Assembly (NCBI GenBank): GCA_964508045.1
Contig: CAZDSO010000001.1
Span: 746-64,745, forward strand
DNA length: 64,000 bases
Source: an uncultured Planctomycetia bacterium
GTDB lineage: Bacteria; Planctomycetota; JAKEIC01; CAZDSO01
Reading direction: 5' to 3'
Below the pieces are notes generated by a model, which saw nothing but the letters and a program-made list of their open reading frames with translations, was not told the DNA's origin and did no database searches. A program made the translations under genes and the position numbers. Positions 27,589 through 37,518 of this stretch are shown piece by piece. Every line of letters starts with the position of its first letter. Position 1 is the first letter of the stretch.

Positions 27589-29622
27589 TCAGTGCACGTC
27601 CGCGCCGGGAGGGATCTCCTCGTCCGGCACGATCAGGCGCACGGCGTCCCCGTGTTCCGCCGCGAGGAGCATCGCGGTGGAGAGGACGCCGCGGATCTTC
27701 GCCGGCTCCAGGTTGACCACGACCGTGACGAGCGTGCCGACCAGCGCCTGCGGATCGGGATAGTAGGGCGCGATGCCGGCCACCATGGTCCGGGTCTCCT
27801 TTCCGATGTCCACGTCCATCTTGTAGAGCTTGTCCGCGCCCTCGACCTTCTCGGCGGAGAGGATCTTCCCCACGCGGAGATCGATCGACTGAAAGGTCTT
27901 GAACGGCACCAGGTTCGCTTGTTCGGCCACGGGTTCCTCCTTTTCCTCCGCCGCTTCCCCGGGCGTCTCGCCTTCACGCTCCAGGATCGTCTCCAGATCC
28001 AGTTTCCGAAACAGGATCTCGTGCTTCGCGATCGCCTGCCCCGGCTCCAGGGCGGGCTTGCCCAGGTCTTCCCAGTCGGCGGTTTCGGGTCTCTCGGGTT
28101 TTTCCAGCCACGTCCGGATCCGGGAACAGCTCGCAGGCAGGAAAGGCCAGGCCATCACGGAGAGCGCCGAGACGAGTTCCAGGCAGCTGCGCAGGGTGGC
28201 GGCCGCGTCGTCGGGGGAGGTCTTCCGCGTCGCCCAGGGCTCGCCCTTGTCGAACACGCGGTTGCCCTCTCTCGCGAGGTCCATCACGGCGCGGAGCCCC
28301 TCGCGGAAGTGGAACGCGCCCAGCGTCTCGTCCAGGGCCCTGCGCGCCTCGGCGATCACGCCCAGGATCCCGCGAATCTTCGCGGGGGGGGCGTCCGGCA
28401 CCCGGCCGTCGAAGAACCGTTCCGTGAAGGAGAGCGTGCGGTTCACGAAGTTCCCGAAGACGTCCGCGAGATCCCCGTTCACGCGGGCCGTGAAGTCCTC
28501 CCACGTCCAGTTGGTGTCCCGCGTCTCGGGAGCGATGACCGTCAGGTAGTAGCGGGCCAGATCGGCGGGGAACATCTCCAGGTAGTCGTGGACCCATAGC
28601 GCCCGCTTCTTGCTCTTGGAGAACTTGCCCCCCTTGAAGTTGAGAAACTCGAAGGCGGGAATCTCGGCGGGGAGGAGGTACTCCTCCTTCTGCCCCATGA
28701 GCATGGCCGGCCAGATGACGGCGTGGAACACGATGTTGTCCTTGCCGATGAAGTGGACCAGGCGCGTGTCCGGATCCCGCCAGTACCGCTTCCAGAGGTC
28801 CGGGTCCCCCCGTTGCTCGCCCAGCTCCCGCGTGAAGGAGATGTAGCCGATCGGGGCGTCGAACCAGACGTAGAGAACCTTGCCCTCGCCCTTGTCGACG
28901 GGCACCGGAACGCCCCACGTGAGATCCCGCGTGATGCTCCGCGGCTTCAGGCCCTTCTCCAGCATGCCCATGGCGAACCGCTGCACGTTCTCCTTCCAGC
29001 CCGTCTTCGACGAGAGCCAGTTCTTCAGCCGCTCCTCGTAGCGGTCCAGCCGGAAGAACCAGTGCTGGGTCTTGCGCAGCTGGGGCCGTTGCCCGCAGAC
29101 CTTGCAATGGGGATCCTTCAGCGCGTCCAGCGCGTTCCCGCAGGCCTCGCACTGGTCGCCCTTGGCCTCCAGCGTGCCGCAGTACGGGCAAGCCCCCTCC
29201 ACGTACCGGTCCGGCAGGAACCGGTCGCAACGGGTGCAGAAGTACTGGGCCGTCACCCGGGACTCGATCTGTCCCGCATGGAGCAGGCTCAGGAAAAATT
29301 CCTGGGACAGTTCCTTGTGATACGGACAGGTCGAGGTGCCCGAAAAGATGTCGAACTCGATCCCCAGCCCCTCGAACGCCTTCTTCTGCATGTCGTGATA
29401 CACGCGGACCACGTCCTCGGGGGCCTTGCCCTCCTGGTCGGCGGAGATCGTGATGGGCACCCCGTGCTCGTCCGTGCCGCACACGAAGAGGCACGCCTCC
29501 CCCTTCAGGCGCAGGAACTTGACGTAGATGTCCCCCGGGAGATAGACGCCCGCCACGTGCCCCATGTGGACGGGGCCGTTGGCGTACGGAAGAGCGCAGG
29601 TCACCAGCGTGCGTTTCGCCAT
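27589..29622 (-). CDS. metG: methionine--tRNA ligase with C-terminal EMAP/Trbp111-like tRNA-binding domain
   Basis: ALPYANGPVHMGH (HIGH), KFSKSK (KMSKS), Zn knuckles CPYCG/CEACG, C-terminal IDLRVGKILSAEKVEGADKLYKMDVDIG. The ATG at 29622 has a GGAG RBS. The track start at 29634 is a TTG. Confidence 0.95.
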   Translation of the reverse strand: MAKRTLVTCALPYANGPVHMGHVAGVYLPGDIYVKFLRLKGEACLFVCGTDEHGVPITISADQEGKAPEDVVRVYHDMQKKAFEGLGIEFDIFSGTSTCPYHKELSQEFFLSLLHAGQIESRVTAQYFCTRCDRFLPDRYVEGACPYCGTLEAKGDQCEACGNALDALKDPHCKVCGQRPQLRKTQHWFFRLDRYEERLKNWLSSKTGWKENVQRFAMGMLEKGLKPRSITRDLTWGVPVPVDKGEGKVLYVWFDAPIGYISFTRELGEQRGDPDLWKRYWRDPDTRLVHFIGKDNIVFHAVIWPAMLMGQKEEYLLPAEIPAFEFLNFKGGKFSKSKKRALWVHDYLEMFPADLARYYLTVIAPETRDTNWTWEDFTARVNGDLADVFGNFVNRTLSFTERFFDGRVPDAPPAKIRGILGVIAEARRALDETLGAFHFREGLRAVMDLAREGNRVFDKGEPWATRKTSPDDAAATLRSCLELVSALSVMAWPFLPASCSRIRTWLEKPERPETADWEDLGKPALEPGQAIAKHEILFRKLDLETILEREGETPGEAAEEKEEPVAEQANLVPFKTFQSIDLRVGKILSAEKVEGADKLYKMDVDIGKETRTMVAGIAPYYPDPQALVGTLVTVVVNLEPAKIRGVLSTAMLLAAEHGDAVRLIVPDEEIPPGADVH

Positions 29623-29704
29623 GACGGTCTCCAAAACCCCCCGCCTTCCCGCAGGGCCCCGACCGGAAAGGGTTCGCTACGGGTCGGTCCAGAAAGAACA
29701 AACA

Positions 29705-31009
29705 TCAAGGATAGATCTTGTGGAGCATGCGGGGAAAGGGAATCGTCTCCCGGATGTGCCCCGTCCCGGTCAGCCACGCCACCGTCCTCTCCAGCCCCAG
29801 CCCGAATCCACCGTGCGGGACGCTGCCGTACCGGCGAAGGTCCAGATACCATCCGAAGGCCTCCCGCGGGAGGCCGAAGGCGTCGATCCGCCGGTCCAGC
29901 GCTTCCGCGTCGTCCTCCCGCTCGCTGCCCCCGATGAGCTCCCCGTAGCCCTCCGGCGCCAGGACGTCCACGCAGAGCGACCGGTCCGGATTCTCCGGGT
30001 CCTCCTTCATGTAGAAGGCCTTCGCCCGCGCGGGATAGCGGTGCACCATCACGGGCCGGTCGAAGGCCTCCCCCAGCGCCGTCTCCTGGGGCGCCCCGAA
30101 ATCCTCCCCCCAGGGGACGGCGAGACCCTTCTTCTCGAGAAGCGCCAGCGCCTCGTCGTAGCGCAGGCGCGGGAAGGGCGGCTTCACCCTCGAAAGCACC
30201 GTCGTGTCCCGCTCGAGAACCTCCAGCTCCTCCTTCCGTTCCCGAAGGACCTGCGCCACCACGGCCGAGAGAAACGACTCGGCCAGGTCCATCACGTCGT
30301 CGAGATCGGCGTAGGCGACCTCGGGTTCCACCATCCAGAATTCCGTCAGATGACGGCGCGTCTTGGATTTCTCGGCCCGGAACGTCGGCCCGAAACAGTA
30401 CACCTTCCCGAGCGCCATCGCGCCCGCCTCCGCGTAGAGCTGGCCGCTCTGCGTGAGGTACGCCGGCTCCCCGAAATAGTCCACCTGGAACAGCGTGGAC
30501 GTCCCCTCGCAGGCCGCCGGCGTGAAGACCGGCGTGTCCAGGCAGATGAAACCGCGCTCGTCGAAAAACCGCCGGATGGCCCGGATCACCTCGTGTCGGA
30601 TGCGCAGGATCGCCCAGGGCTTGCGCGATCGCAACCACAGGTGGCGGTGGTCCATCAGAAAGCCGATCCCGTGGTCCTTCTTCGTGATCGGGTAGTCCTC
30701 CGCCTCCTGCACCACCTCGAACGACCGGATGCCCAGCTCCACCCCGCCCGGCGCCCGCCGGTCCTCCCGGACCGTCCCCCGCGCGATCACCGAGGACTCC
30801 TGGGGAACACGGTCCATCCGCTCGAAATCCTCCGCCGGCACGTCCTTCTTCGAGGCCACCCCCTGCACGAGGCCCGTTCCGTCCCTCAACTGCACGAAAC
30901 GAACCTTCCCCGACGAGCGGCGGTTGTACAGCCATCCCTTGACCGTCACGTCCTCGCCGACGTGACGGGGGAGATCCTCGACGTAGCGCTGGACTTCGTT
31001 CTCTTTCAC
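29705..31009 (-). CDS. asnS: asparagine--tRNA ligase
   Basis: Class IIb OB-fold N-terminus ([24 protein letters not shown]). Motif 2 is [21 protein letters not shown]. Motif 3 is [16 protein letters not shown]. The 434-aa length fits AsnRS. Confidence 0.88.
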   Translation of the reverse strand: MKENEVQRYVEDLPRHVGEDVTVKGWLYNRRSSGKVRFVQLRDGTGLVQGVASKKDVPAEDFERMDRVPQESSVIARGTVREDRRAPGGVELGIRSFEVVQEAEDYPITKKDHGIGFLMDHRHLWLRSRKPWAILRIRHEVIRAIRRFFDERGFICLDTPVFTPAACEGTSTLFQVDYFGEPAYLTQSGQLYAEAGAMALGKVYCFGPTFRAEKSKTRRHLTEFWMVEPEVAYADLDDVMDLAESFLSAVVAQVLRERKEELEVLERDTTVLSRVKPPFPRLRYDEALALLEKKGLAVPWGEDFGAPQETALGEAFDRPVMVHRYPARAKAFYMKEDPENPDRSLCVDVLAPEGYGELIGGSEREDDAEALDRRIDAFGLPREAFGWYLDLRRYGSVPHGGFGLGLERTVAWLTGTGHIRETIPFPRMLHKIYP

Positions 31010-31165
31010 GCGTCCCTCGACGAATGACGGAAAAAGCCGGTCGGCCCCAGGAAAGCCTGGGACATTGTAGGGGCGCCCGCAAGGCCCGCAAGGTGATTTT
31101 CACCCCACACGCGTTCCCGAAACAGGAACGTCCCCCCGTATCGAGGGGACGGGCGCGGACCGAAC

Positions 31166-31205
31166 CGAAAAGCCCCTCCGGGCCCGCCGAGCCCGGAGGG
31201 GCTTT
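31166..31205 (-). terminator. intrinsic terminator-like hairpin downstream of the acidic membrane protein gene
   Basis: 13-bp GC-rich stem agcccctccgggc/gcccggaggggct (31171-83 / 31191-203). On the minus strand it is followed by a short interrupted U tract, CUUUUCGGUU. Confidence 0.5.
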
Positions 31206-31230
31206 CCAAGGTGCCGCCGGTCGCCGGCCG

Positions 31231-32049
31231 CTACATGCCGCCGACGCTCATCCAGTGGCCCAGTCCCCCCGAGAGAAGCGGGAGGAGACCGAGGCCCAGG
31301 ACGAGAAGCGCCGCGATCTTGTCGTACTTGTCCCCGTGGAAGAAGAAGAGGATCAGCCCCGCCAACATCATCAAGATGCCGAGGTGGGCCGCGTAGAAGC
31401 GCGTCATCGCCCAGTTGCCGACGTCGTCCTTCGCGTCCGCGAGCGATCTCCCCGCCTCGGCCAGGTCGGTTTGATGCTCATGGACCCACCGGTTCCATTC
31501 CTCCTTCTCCTCCAGGTAGTCCTTGAACGCCTCGCTCTCGGTGTACTTCTCCACAGCCTCCTGGTATTCCTCGTTGAACTCCTCCTGTTCCTCGTTCCGC
31601 TCCTTCGCATCGAGCTTGACGGATTGCTTCTTGTAGGGCTCGGGGGGCGGAACGGGTTTGTTGCTCTGGCCCTGGTAGTACGTCTGAAGCGCGTCGTACT
31701 TCAGCTTCCAATGGCCGTGGCTCTTGTGCGCGCAGGTGGCCAGGAAAAACAGGGAGATGCCCGCCACGAAGAGGATCCGGCCGATCTTGAGATAATCGGC
31801 GGGCTCCTTCGGCTTCGCCGGAGCCTTCTTCTCCTTCGCCTTCGGCTCGGCCTTCGCGGAAGCCTTCTCCTCTTTCTTCGCTTCCGGAGGTTTCGCGGCC
31901 TTTTCCTCCTCTTCTTCCTCTTCCTCGTCTTCTTCCTCCTCGTCCTCCTCCTCCTCCTCCTCCTCCTCCTCCTCTTCCCATTCCTCTTCCTCTTCCTCGG
32001 GTGCCTCGGAGCTCCTGCCCCGTTCCGGATCGCTCAACGGATCTCTCAT
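31231..32049 (-). CDS. membrane protein with extreme poly-Glu/Asp N-terminal tract
   Basis: The ATG at 32049 has an AAGGAG RBS. The sequence begins MRDPLSDPERGRSSEAPEEEEEEWEEEEEEEEEEEDEEEEDEEEEEEEEK, followed by a K/A/E/P-rich linker. One TM segment is ILFVAGISLFFLATCA and two C-terminal TM segments are present (HLGILMMLAGLILFFF, ALLVLGLGLLPLL). Confidence 0.65.
   Translation of the reverse strand: MRDPLSDPERGRSSEAPEEEEEEWEEEEEEEEEEEDEEEEDEEEEEEEEKAAKPPEAKKEEKASAKAEPKAKEKKAPAKPKEPADYLKIGRILFVAGISLFFLATCAHKSHGHWKLKYDALQTYYQGQSNKPVPPPEPYKKQSVKLDAKERNEEQEEFNEEYQEAVEKYTESEAFKDYLEEKEEWNRWVHEHQTDLAEAGRSLADAKDDVGNWAMTRFYAAHLGILMMLAGLILFFFHGDKYDKIAALLVLGLGLLPLLSGGLGHWMSVGGM
31944..31973. repeat. trinucleotide simple-sequence tract (CCT)n, encoding poly-Glu on the minus strand
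   Basis: Uninterrupted cctcctcctcctcctcctcctcctcctc run inside a longer CTC/TTC-rich segment (about 31860-31990). Confidence 0.8.
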
Positions 32050-32136
32050 GTCTCCACTCCTTTCCTTGCCCTCGAAAGGTCCAACGATTCCCGGAAACGC
32101 CAGTCCGCATCCTACCCGAGAGAGCAGGAAGGGCGC

Positions 32137-32169
32137 AAAAAAAAATTCCACCGTCAAAGACGGTGGAAT
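32137..32169 (-). terminator. strong intrinsic terminator (minus strand)
   Basis: Perfect 11-bp stem attccaccgtc/gacggtggaat with a 3-nt loop. On the minus strand it is followed by eight U (plus-strand A run 32137-32144). It lies 387 nt downstream of the smpB stop. Confidence 0.7.
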
Positions 32170-32445
32170 GGCGGGTTGATGGGTCGGACATGGATCCCCC
32201 CCATTGACCCATGACCGTCGCCGGCCACAAGCCGGTTCCCACCAACGCCTCTTTACGAAAGATGCAAAGCCCGTACCATTCCCACGATTCCCCGAAAACG
32301 GCCCAGGCTCCGTTTCTCCATGGGAAGCAAGGACGTTTCGGCGCCGGCGCGATCCCGAATCCGGCCCGTGCACAGACACTAGCTATCACAAGTTAACAAA
32401 ATCGGGGGAAACCGGATACTTGCTTACCTGCCAGGGAACGGCGCC

Positions 32446-32475
32446 GGGAACGGGGACGGGGACGGGGACGGGGAA
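32446..32475. repeat. tandem hexamer G-tract array (GGGAAC)(GGGGAC)x3(GGGGAA), a G-quadruplex-type motif on the plus strand
   Basis: gggaacggggacggggacggggacggggaacc read directly. Five G3-4 tracts are separated by 2-3 nt. Confidence 0.8.
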
Positions 32476-32555
32476 CCGGTCCGGATCACCTTCGTGACTC
32501 AGAGCATGTGGAAAAATCCGCTCGCGCAGGGAACCAGGGATTTTTTCACAGCCTC

Positions 32556-33065
32556 TCAGCGCTTTTTCCGGCGGCGGGCCAGCTCCCGGTCCACGTCGCG
32601 CCGGGCGTCGCGCCGCTTCACGTCTTCCCGCCGGTCGAACAGTTTCTTCCCCCGGGCCAGGGCGATCTGCGTCTTCACGATCCCCCGGTGGTTGAAGTAG
32701 AGGGAAAGCGGGACGAGGGTGTACCCGCGCTCCACCAGCGCCCGCTGGATGCGGCGCAGTTCCCGCTTGTGCACCAGCAGCTTGCGGGGACGCTTGGGCT
32801 CGTGCGTGGCGTACCCCCGCATCTCGTACGCCGGGATGTCCATGTTGAACAGCCACAGCTCGCCCCCGCGCATGCGGCCGAAGGCCTCCATGATGGACGC
32901 CTTGCCGCCGCGCAGGGCTTTCACTTCCGTGCCGAGCAGCGCGACGCCGGCCTCGAGGCGGTCTTCGAGGTGATAGAGATGCGCGGCCTTGCGGTTCCCG
33001 GCGACAAGGCGGTATCCGGAAGGTTCCTCCGATCCGCCGGCGGTCTTCTTCGTCTTGCCTGCCAT
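32556..33065 (-). CDS. smpB: SsrA-binding protein
   Basis: GNRKAAHLYHLEDRLEAGVALLGTEVKALR...LLVHKRELRRI...ALARGKKLFDRRED. The start was assigned to MAGKTKK (ATG at 33065). Confidence 0.92.
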   Translation of the reverse strand: MAGKTKKTAGGSEEPSGYRLVAGNRKAAHLYHLEDRLEAGVALLGTEVKALRGGKASIMEAFGRMRGGELWLFNMDIPAYEMRGYATHEPKRPRKLLVHKRELRRIQRALVERGYTLVPLSLYFNHRGIVKTQIALARGKKLFDRREDVKRRDARRDVDRELARRRKKR

Positions 33066-33124
33066 GGTACGGACCCTGATACACGACGCGGCGCCGGGGC
33101 GCAAGGATCAGCCGGAGGGCGCGT

Positions 33125-33137
33125 TCTGAAATCCCTA
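33125..33137. repeat. solo CTGAAATCCCTAC unit of the GATTTCAG repeat family (5' flank of the tRNA)
   Basis: ctgaaatccctac is the reverse complement, with one mismatch, of gtaaggatttcag at 33372-33384. Confidence 0.55.
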
Positions 33138-33238
33138 CCCCGCTGCAAGGGAAAATCCGGAATCGGTGACAGCGCGAAACACTCCAGATCGTCCGGAATT
33201 GACAGGGCCCCCTTCCCGCCGTACAATCCGGCGGACTT

Positions 33239-33322
33239 GCGGCTGTGGCGGAATTGGCAGACGCGCAAGATTCAGGATCTTGTGAGCTTCGGCTCATGGG
33301 GGTTCAACTCCCCCCAGCCGCA
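33239..33322 (+). tRNA. tRNA-Leu (anticodon CAG)
   Basis: Hand-folded. Acceptor gcggctg/cagccgc. D arm gcg-gaattggcaga-cgc. Anticodon stem caaga/tcttg with loop ttCAGga. Long variable arm gagc-ttcg-gctc. T arm ggggg-ttcaact-ccccc. Discriminator A. CCA is not encoded. Confidence 0.93.
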
Positions 33323-33371
33323 CTACCAACGACGGCGCTTGAGGCACGTGCCGGCCTTCATCGCGAGCCCC

Positions 33372-33393
33372 GTAAGGATTTCAGATTTCAGCC
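33372..33393. repeat. GATTTCAG repeat units (3' flank of the tRNA)
   Basis: gtaaggatttcagatttcagcc carries the same tandem word as the left end of the 1344-1590 element. Confidence 0.55.
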
Positions 33394-33515
33394 GCAGACG
33401 GTTCAAGCGCCGCGCTTGACCCCGCCCCGGCCCGCGGGGTACGATTTCCTGCGCTCCGCAACGGCATCTGGATGCCTCCATTCGGTTCAACCGGCGCTTT
33501 CGACAGCCCATCGCC

Positions 33516-36125
33516 ATGGCCGAATTCAGTGACGAAGATTTCCAGGAAATCGTCGAGGACTTTCTCGCCGAATCCGCCGAAATGATCGAGGGCATGGACC
33601 GCGATCTCGTCGCGCTCGAGTCCGCCCCCGGCGATCTCGACCTCCTCCACGGCGTGTTCCGCGCCGTTCACACCATCAAGGGCACCTCGGATTTCCTCCA
33701 CCTCTCCGCCCTCACGAATCTGGCCCACGCCCTCGAAGACGTGCTCGATCCCCTCCGGTCCGGAACCCTCACCCTCACCCCCGCGTTGATGGACCGCATC
33801 CTCGAGGGCGTCGACGGACTCAAGGCGATGCTCCAGGACGTCGGCGCCGGCCGGGAGCACACCCTCGACGCGGGCGCCCTGTGCGACACGCTCCGATCCT
33901 TCGCCCCCTCGGGAAAGAAACCCGAATCGCCTCCCGAACCGGCGCCCGCCGGTGCCGAAGAGCGCGCGGAAGAATCCGGCACGGGCCCCGCCCCCCTCCC
34001 CGGCCGGCGACCCAAGGATCTCACGGACGAGCAGCACCGGGAAATCTTCGGCGATTTCATCGAGGAGAGCCGCGCTTCCCTCTCGGACGCGGACCGCCTG
34101 CGCGAGTCCGCCGCGGGCGGCGACGGGAAGGCGCTGGACGGGCTCTACCGGACCGCCCACACGATCAAGGGGACGGCGCGCTTCCTCGGCCTCGACGCGA
34201 TGGCCTCGCTGGCGGAGGCCCTGGAAGCCTTCCTGGACGCGCGGCGGAAGAGGGGCGTTCCGCTTGGCGTGGAGGACGCCTCGCTTCTCGAAACCGCCCT
34301 CGAGGCGCTGGCGTCCCGGGTGGCGCAGGCGGAAGCCGGGGAGGCGGGCGAGCCCGACGCGGACCTCGCGGCCCGGTTGAAGGCGGCCGTTTCGGCGGAC
34401 CGCCCGGCGGAGGCGGAGGCCGCGCCCCCCGCGCCGGAGGCCCCGAAAAAGCCGGCATCGCGCCCGGCCCCTTCCGCGGAGACGTCGGAGGCCTCGATCC
34501 GTGTGGACACGACCCGGCTGGACGAGTTGATGAACCTGGTGGGGGAGATGGTGCTGGGGCGGAACCGGCTGGTCCAGGCGGTGCGCAGCGCGGAGAGCAA
34601 GAAGGACGTGGAGAGCGCGCTCGCTTCGCTGGAGGAGACGGCCGACTTCATCGACATGATCACCAGCGATCTCCAGAAGGCGGTGATCAAGACGCGGATG
34701 CAGCAGGTGGGCCGGATCTTCAACAAGTTTCCGCGGTTGGTGCGGGACCTCTCCCGGGAGAAGGAGAAGGCGGTGAGGCTGGAGATCCGCGGGGCGGACA
34801 CGGAGCTGGACAAGTCGGTGATCGACGAGATCGGCGACCCGCTGGTCCACCTGGTCCGCAACGCGGTCGACCACGGGATCGAGTCGCCGGAGGGGAGGGA
34901 GGCTGCGGGGAAGCCGCGGGAGGGGACGCTGGTGCTCGCGGCCCGCCAGGAGGGGAACCGGATCGCCATCGAGGTGAGCGACGACGGCCGGGGGCTGGAC
35001 ACGGGGCGCATCCGCGCGAAGGCGCTCGAGCGGGGGCTGATCACGTCGAAGGAGGCGGAGAGTCTGCCGGAGAACGAGATCAGGACGCTCATCTTCGCGC
35101 CCGGGTTCAGCACGGCCGAGACGGTGGACCGGACGTCGGGACGCGGCGTGGGGATGGACGTGGTGAAGAGCAACATCGAGAAGCTGGGGGGCTTCGTGGA
35201 GCTCGATTCCACGGCCGGGAAGGGGACGCGTTTCGTAGTGAAGCTCCCCTTGACCCTGGCCATCATTCCCGTTCTCATGGTTCGGGTTTCGACGGAGGTC
35301 TTCGCCCTGCCTGCCGTCTCGGTGATCGAGACCGTGCGCGTGCAACCGGACGAGGTGAAGACGATCGACGGCAAGGAGGTGATCAACCTCCGCGGCAAGA
35401 TTCTTCCCCTGCTCCGGATCACCGACCTGTTCGGTCTGGAGCGCCGGGGAGAGGAAAACGGCGCGAGGCGCTACGTGGTGGTGGCGGGGCTGGCGGAGAA
35501 GCGCGTGGGCCTTCTGATCCACGGGCTGATCGGCCAGGAGGAGGCGGTGATCAAGCCGCTCGGGGACATCTTCGAGGACACGGCGGGCATCGCGGGGGCC
35601 ACGATCCGGGGCGACGGGAAGGTGGCGCTGATCCTGGACTTCGCGAGCCTGGTGAAGCTCTCGCCGGTGTCGCGGGAGCGCGCACCCGCGCCGCGCGCTC
35701 CCGCCCGCAGGTTTCCCGGGCCGCCGGCGCCCTCCGGGTCCGTTCACGCGCGGCCGTCGGTCCTTTCGGTGCTGGTGGTGGACGACAGCGCGACGGAGCG
35801 CAAGATCGTGAGGCAGGCGGTGGAGGCGGTGGGCCATCGGGCGGTGGAGGCTTCGGACGGGACGTCGGCGCTGGCCCGGCTGGGGGAAGCGGATTTCGAC
35901 ATCGTGATCACGGACATCGAGATGGAGGGGATGGACGGCCTGGCGCTGGCCCAGCGGATCCGGGCGGTCCCGAGGCTGAAGTCCCTTCCGGTGGTGGCGC
36001 TCTCCACGCACGGCAAGATGGTGGACCGGATCCGGGGAAGCGAGGCGGGGCTGGACGCGTACCTGAGCAAGCCGCTGGACCGGGACCAGCTGCAGCGCAC
36101 GCTCCAGAGGCTTTGCGGGAGGTGA
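33516..36125 (+). CDS. cheA: hybrid chemotaxis histidine kinase CheA with two HPt domains and a C-terminal receiver
   Basis: HPt1 is [14 protein letters not shown] and HPt2 is [14 protein letters not shown]. Dimerisation region [20 protein letters not shown]-box [15 protein letters not shown]1 DDGRGLD. G2 GRGVGMDVV. CheW-like [18 protein letters not shown] domain [10 protein letters not shown]...[11 protein letters not shown]...YLSKP. Confidence 0.95.
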   Translation: MAEFSDEDFQEIVEDFLAESAEMIEGMDRDLVALESAPGDLDLLHGVFRAVHTIKGTSDFLHLSALTNLAHALEDVLDPLRSGTLTLTPALMDRILEGVDGLKAMLQDVGAGREHTLDAGALCDTLRSFAPSGKKPESPPEPAPAGAEERAEESGTGPAPLPGRRPKDLTDEQHREIFGDFIEESRASLSDADRLRESAAGGDGKALDGLYRTAHTIKGTARFLGLDAMASLAEALEAFLDARRKRGVPLGVEDASLLETALEALASRVAQAEAGEAGEPDADLAARLKAAVSADRPAEAEAAPPAPEAPKKPASRPAPSAETSEASIRVDTTRLDELMNLVGEMVLGRNRLVQAVRSAESKKDVESALASLEETADFIDMITSDLQKAVIKTRMQQVGRIFNKFPRLVRDLSREKEKAVRLEIRGADTELDKSVIDEIGDPLVHLVRNAVDHGIESPEGREAAGKPREGTLVLAARQEGNRIAIEVSDDGRGLDTGRIRAKALERGLITSKEAESLPENEIRTLIFAPGFSTAETVDRTSGRGVGMDVVKSNIEKLGGFVELDSTAGKGTRFVVKLPLTLAIIPVLMVRVSTEVFALPAVSVIETVRVQPDEVKTIDGKEVINLRGKILPLLRITDLFGLERRGEENGARRYVVVAGLAEKRVGLLIHGLIGQEEAVIKPLGDIFEDTAGIAGATIRGDGKVALILDFASLVKLSPVSRERAPAPRAPARRFPGPPAPSGSVHARPSVLSVLVVDDSATERKIVRQAVEAVGHRAVEASDGTSALARLGEADFDIVITDIEMEGMDGLALAQRIRAVPRLKSLPVVALSTHGKMVDRIRGSEAGLDAYLSKPLDRDQLQRTLQRLCGR

Positions 36126-36147
36126 CCCGGTTGGAGGAACGGCATCG

Positions 36148-37518
36148 ATGAGGGTTCGTTTGAAGGTCTTGATTCCGGCGGTACTGGCCGGCGGCGTGAC
36201 GTTCACGGCTGTGAGCGTGGGCATTTTCCGTCTCGTCCTCTCGTCACCGTCCGGCTGGGAGATTCTCGTGGGGGCGCTGGTGGCGCTTCCGCTGGCGGCC
36301 GTGGCGGGGCTTTGGATCGGGCAGTCTGCGGGGCGTCCGCTGGAAGAGGCGCGCCGGCGGATCCAGCGTTCGCTGCCCGGAGGCGGTGGCCTGGAGGGGA
36401 CGGACGGCGGTCTTCCGGAAGCGGAGGCGGCGGCCGTCCTTTTGGAGGAGCTGGAGGCCGGGCAGCGGGCGTACCGGGAGGCGGTGGCCCGCACGCTGCA
36501 CGACGCGTTGCGCGACGCCCGTGATCTGCGGGACCGTTTCCGCGACTGGTCCTCGCGGATGTCGGGTCACGTGCATCTTCTCAACGAGACGTCGAAGGCG
36601 GCCTCGGGTCTGGGGGGGGCGAGGACGGAGCTGGGTCGTCGATTCAAGTCGCTGGATCTGGCGGTGCGGGGCGCCACGTCGGCGCTGGAGGAGCTGTCCC
36701 GGCTGGCGGTGCGGGGGAAGGGGCTGGACGAGGCGCGGGATCTGTCGCAGGAGGCGGTCCAGTCGGCGGAGGAGGGATCGCAGGTGGTGAAGGAGGTGGC
36801 GGAGGGGATGAGCCGGCTGGACGCCAGCGTGAAGAACGCCGCGGAGACGATCCAGAAGCTGGGGAAGAGTTCCGACGAGATCGGGGAGATCATCAGCGTG
36901 ATCGACGACATCGCCGACCAGACGAACCTGCTGGCGCTGAACGCGGCGATCGAGGCGGCGCGCGCCGGGGAGCAGGGTCGGGGGTTCGCGGTGGTGGCCG
37001 ACGAGGTGCGGAAGCTCGCGGAGCGGACGCAGAAGGCGACGAAGGAGATCGTGCTGATGATCAAGAACATCCAGGACGAGACGGGGGGGGCGGTGGGGTC
37101 CATGGAGGGGGGGACGCGGGAAGTGGGGGACTCGGTGGCGCGGACGAAGAAGGCGGGCCAGTCTCTGGGGAAGATCACGGCGTCGATCCAGAAGGTGAAT
37201 GGTATCATGGGCATGCTTCGCGAGCAGTCGGCGGAGCGCCAGCGGTTCCACGAGAAGGTGGCGGCGTCCACGGCGGAGATCTCGCGCGCGCTGGAGGACG
37301 TCCGGGCCCTGTCGGAGGACCGGGGAAGCGAGGAGGAGAAGCTGGAGCGGGGGGCGCTGGCCATCGAGGCGGAGCACCGGGGGATCGCGCAGGCGCTGAA
37401 GGTCCTCGAGGAAGGGGTGGCGCAGCTGGTGCGGCGGATCGAGGTCCTGGAGAAGCCGGAAGCGCCTCTGGCCGGGGACGGCAGGAAGGATGAGGAGCAT
37501 GACGAAGGAACCTCCTGA
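36148..37518 (+). CDS. methyl-accepting chemotaxis protein (two closely spaced TM segments, no sizeable periplasmic domain)
   Basis: Signalling hairpin [41 protein letters not shown]-terminal TM pair [21 protein letters not shown] / [20 protein letters not shown]. Confidence 0.92.
   Translation: MRVRLKVLIPAVLAGGVTFTAVSVGIFRLVLSSPSGWEILVGALVALPLAAVAGLWIGQSAGRPLEEARRRIQRSLPGGGGLEGTDGGLPEAEAAAVLLEELEAGQRAYREAVARTLHDALRDARDLRDRFRDWSSRMSGHVHLLNETSKAASGLGGARTELGRRFKSLDLAVRGATSALEELSRLAVRGKGLDEARDLSQEAVQSAEEGSQVVKEVAEGMSRLDASVKNAAETIQKLGKSSDEIGEIISVIDDIADQTNLLALNAAIEAARAGEQGRGFAVVADEVRKLAERTQKATKEIVLMIKNIQDETGGAVGSMEGGTREVGDSVARTKKAGQSLGKITASIQKVNGIMGMLREQSAERQRFHEKVAASTAEISRALEDVRALSEDRGSEEEKLERGALAIEAEHRGIAQALKVLEEGVAQLVRRIEVLEKPEAPLAGDGRKDEEHDEGTS

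Noticed and set aside
32318-32340. SRP-RNA-like word GGGAAGCAAGGAC
   Set aside because: It resembles the GGAAGCAG of SRP helix 8. However, the flanks cannot form the required symmetric/asymmetric loop helix with a GNRA tetraloop.
32446-32475. Possible CRISPR or minisatellite
   Set aside because: The unit is only 6 nt. There are no spacers and no cas genes anywhere in the window. It was classified as a simple tandem G-tract repeat.
32170-32555. tmRNA (ssrA) expected next to smpB
   Set aside because: On neither strand could I find a tRNA-like 3' end (T arm GGxxxTTCRAxxxCC followed by an acceptor and CCA). I also found no 5' GGGG...GGATTCGAC start with a matching 3' partner, and no Ala-rich tag reading frame ending in a stop. 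GGATTCGGG at about 32355-32363 (minus strand) is only a partial resemblance. This needs an Infernal scan to be definitive.
33100-33420. Integrative element or prophage at tRNA-Leu
   Set aside because: No integrase, excisionase or phage genes flank the tRNA. The flanking repeats are short family units rather than att duplications of the tRNA 3' end.
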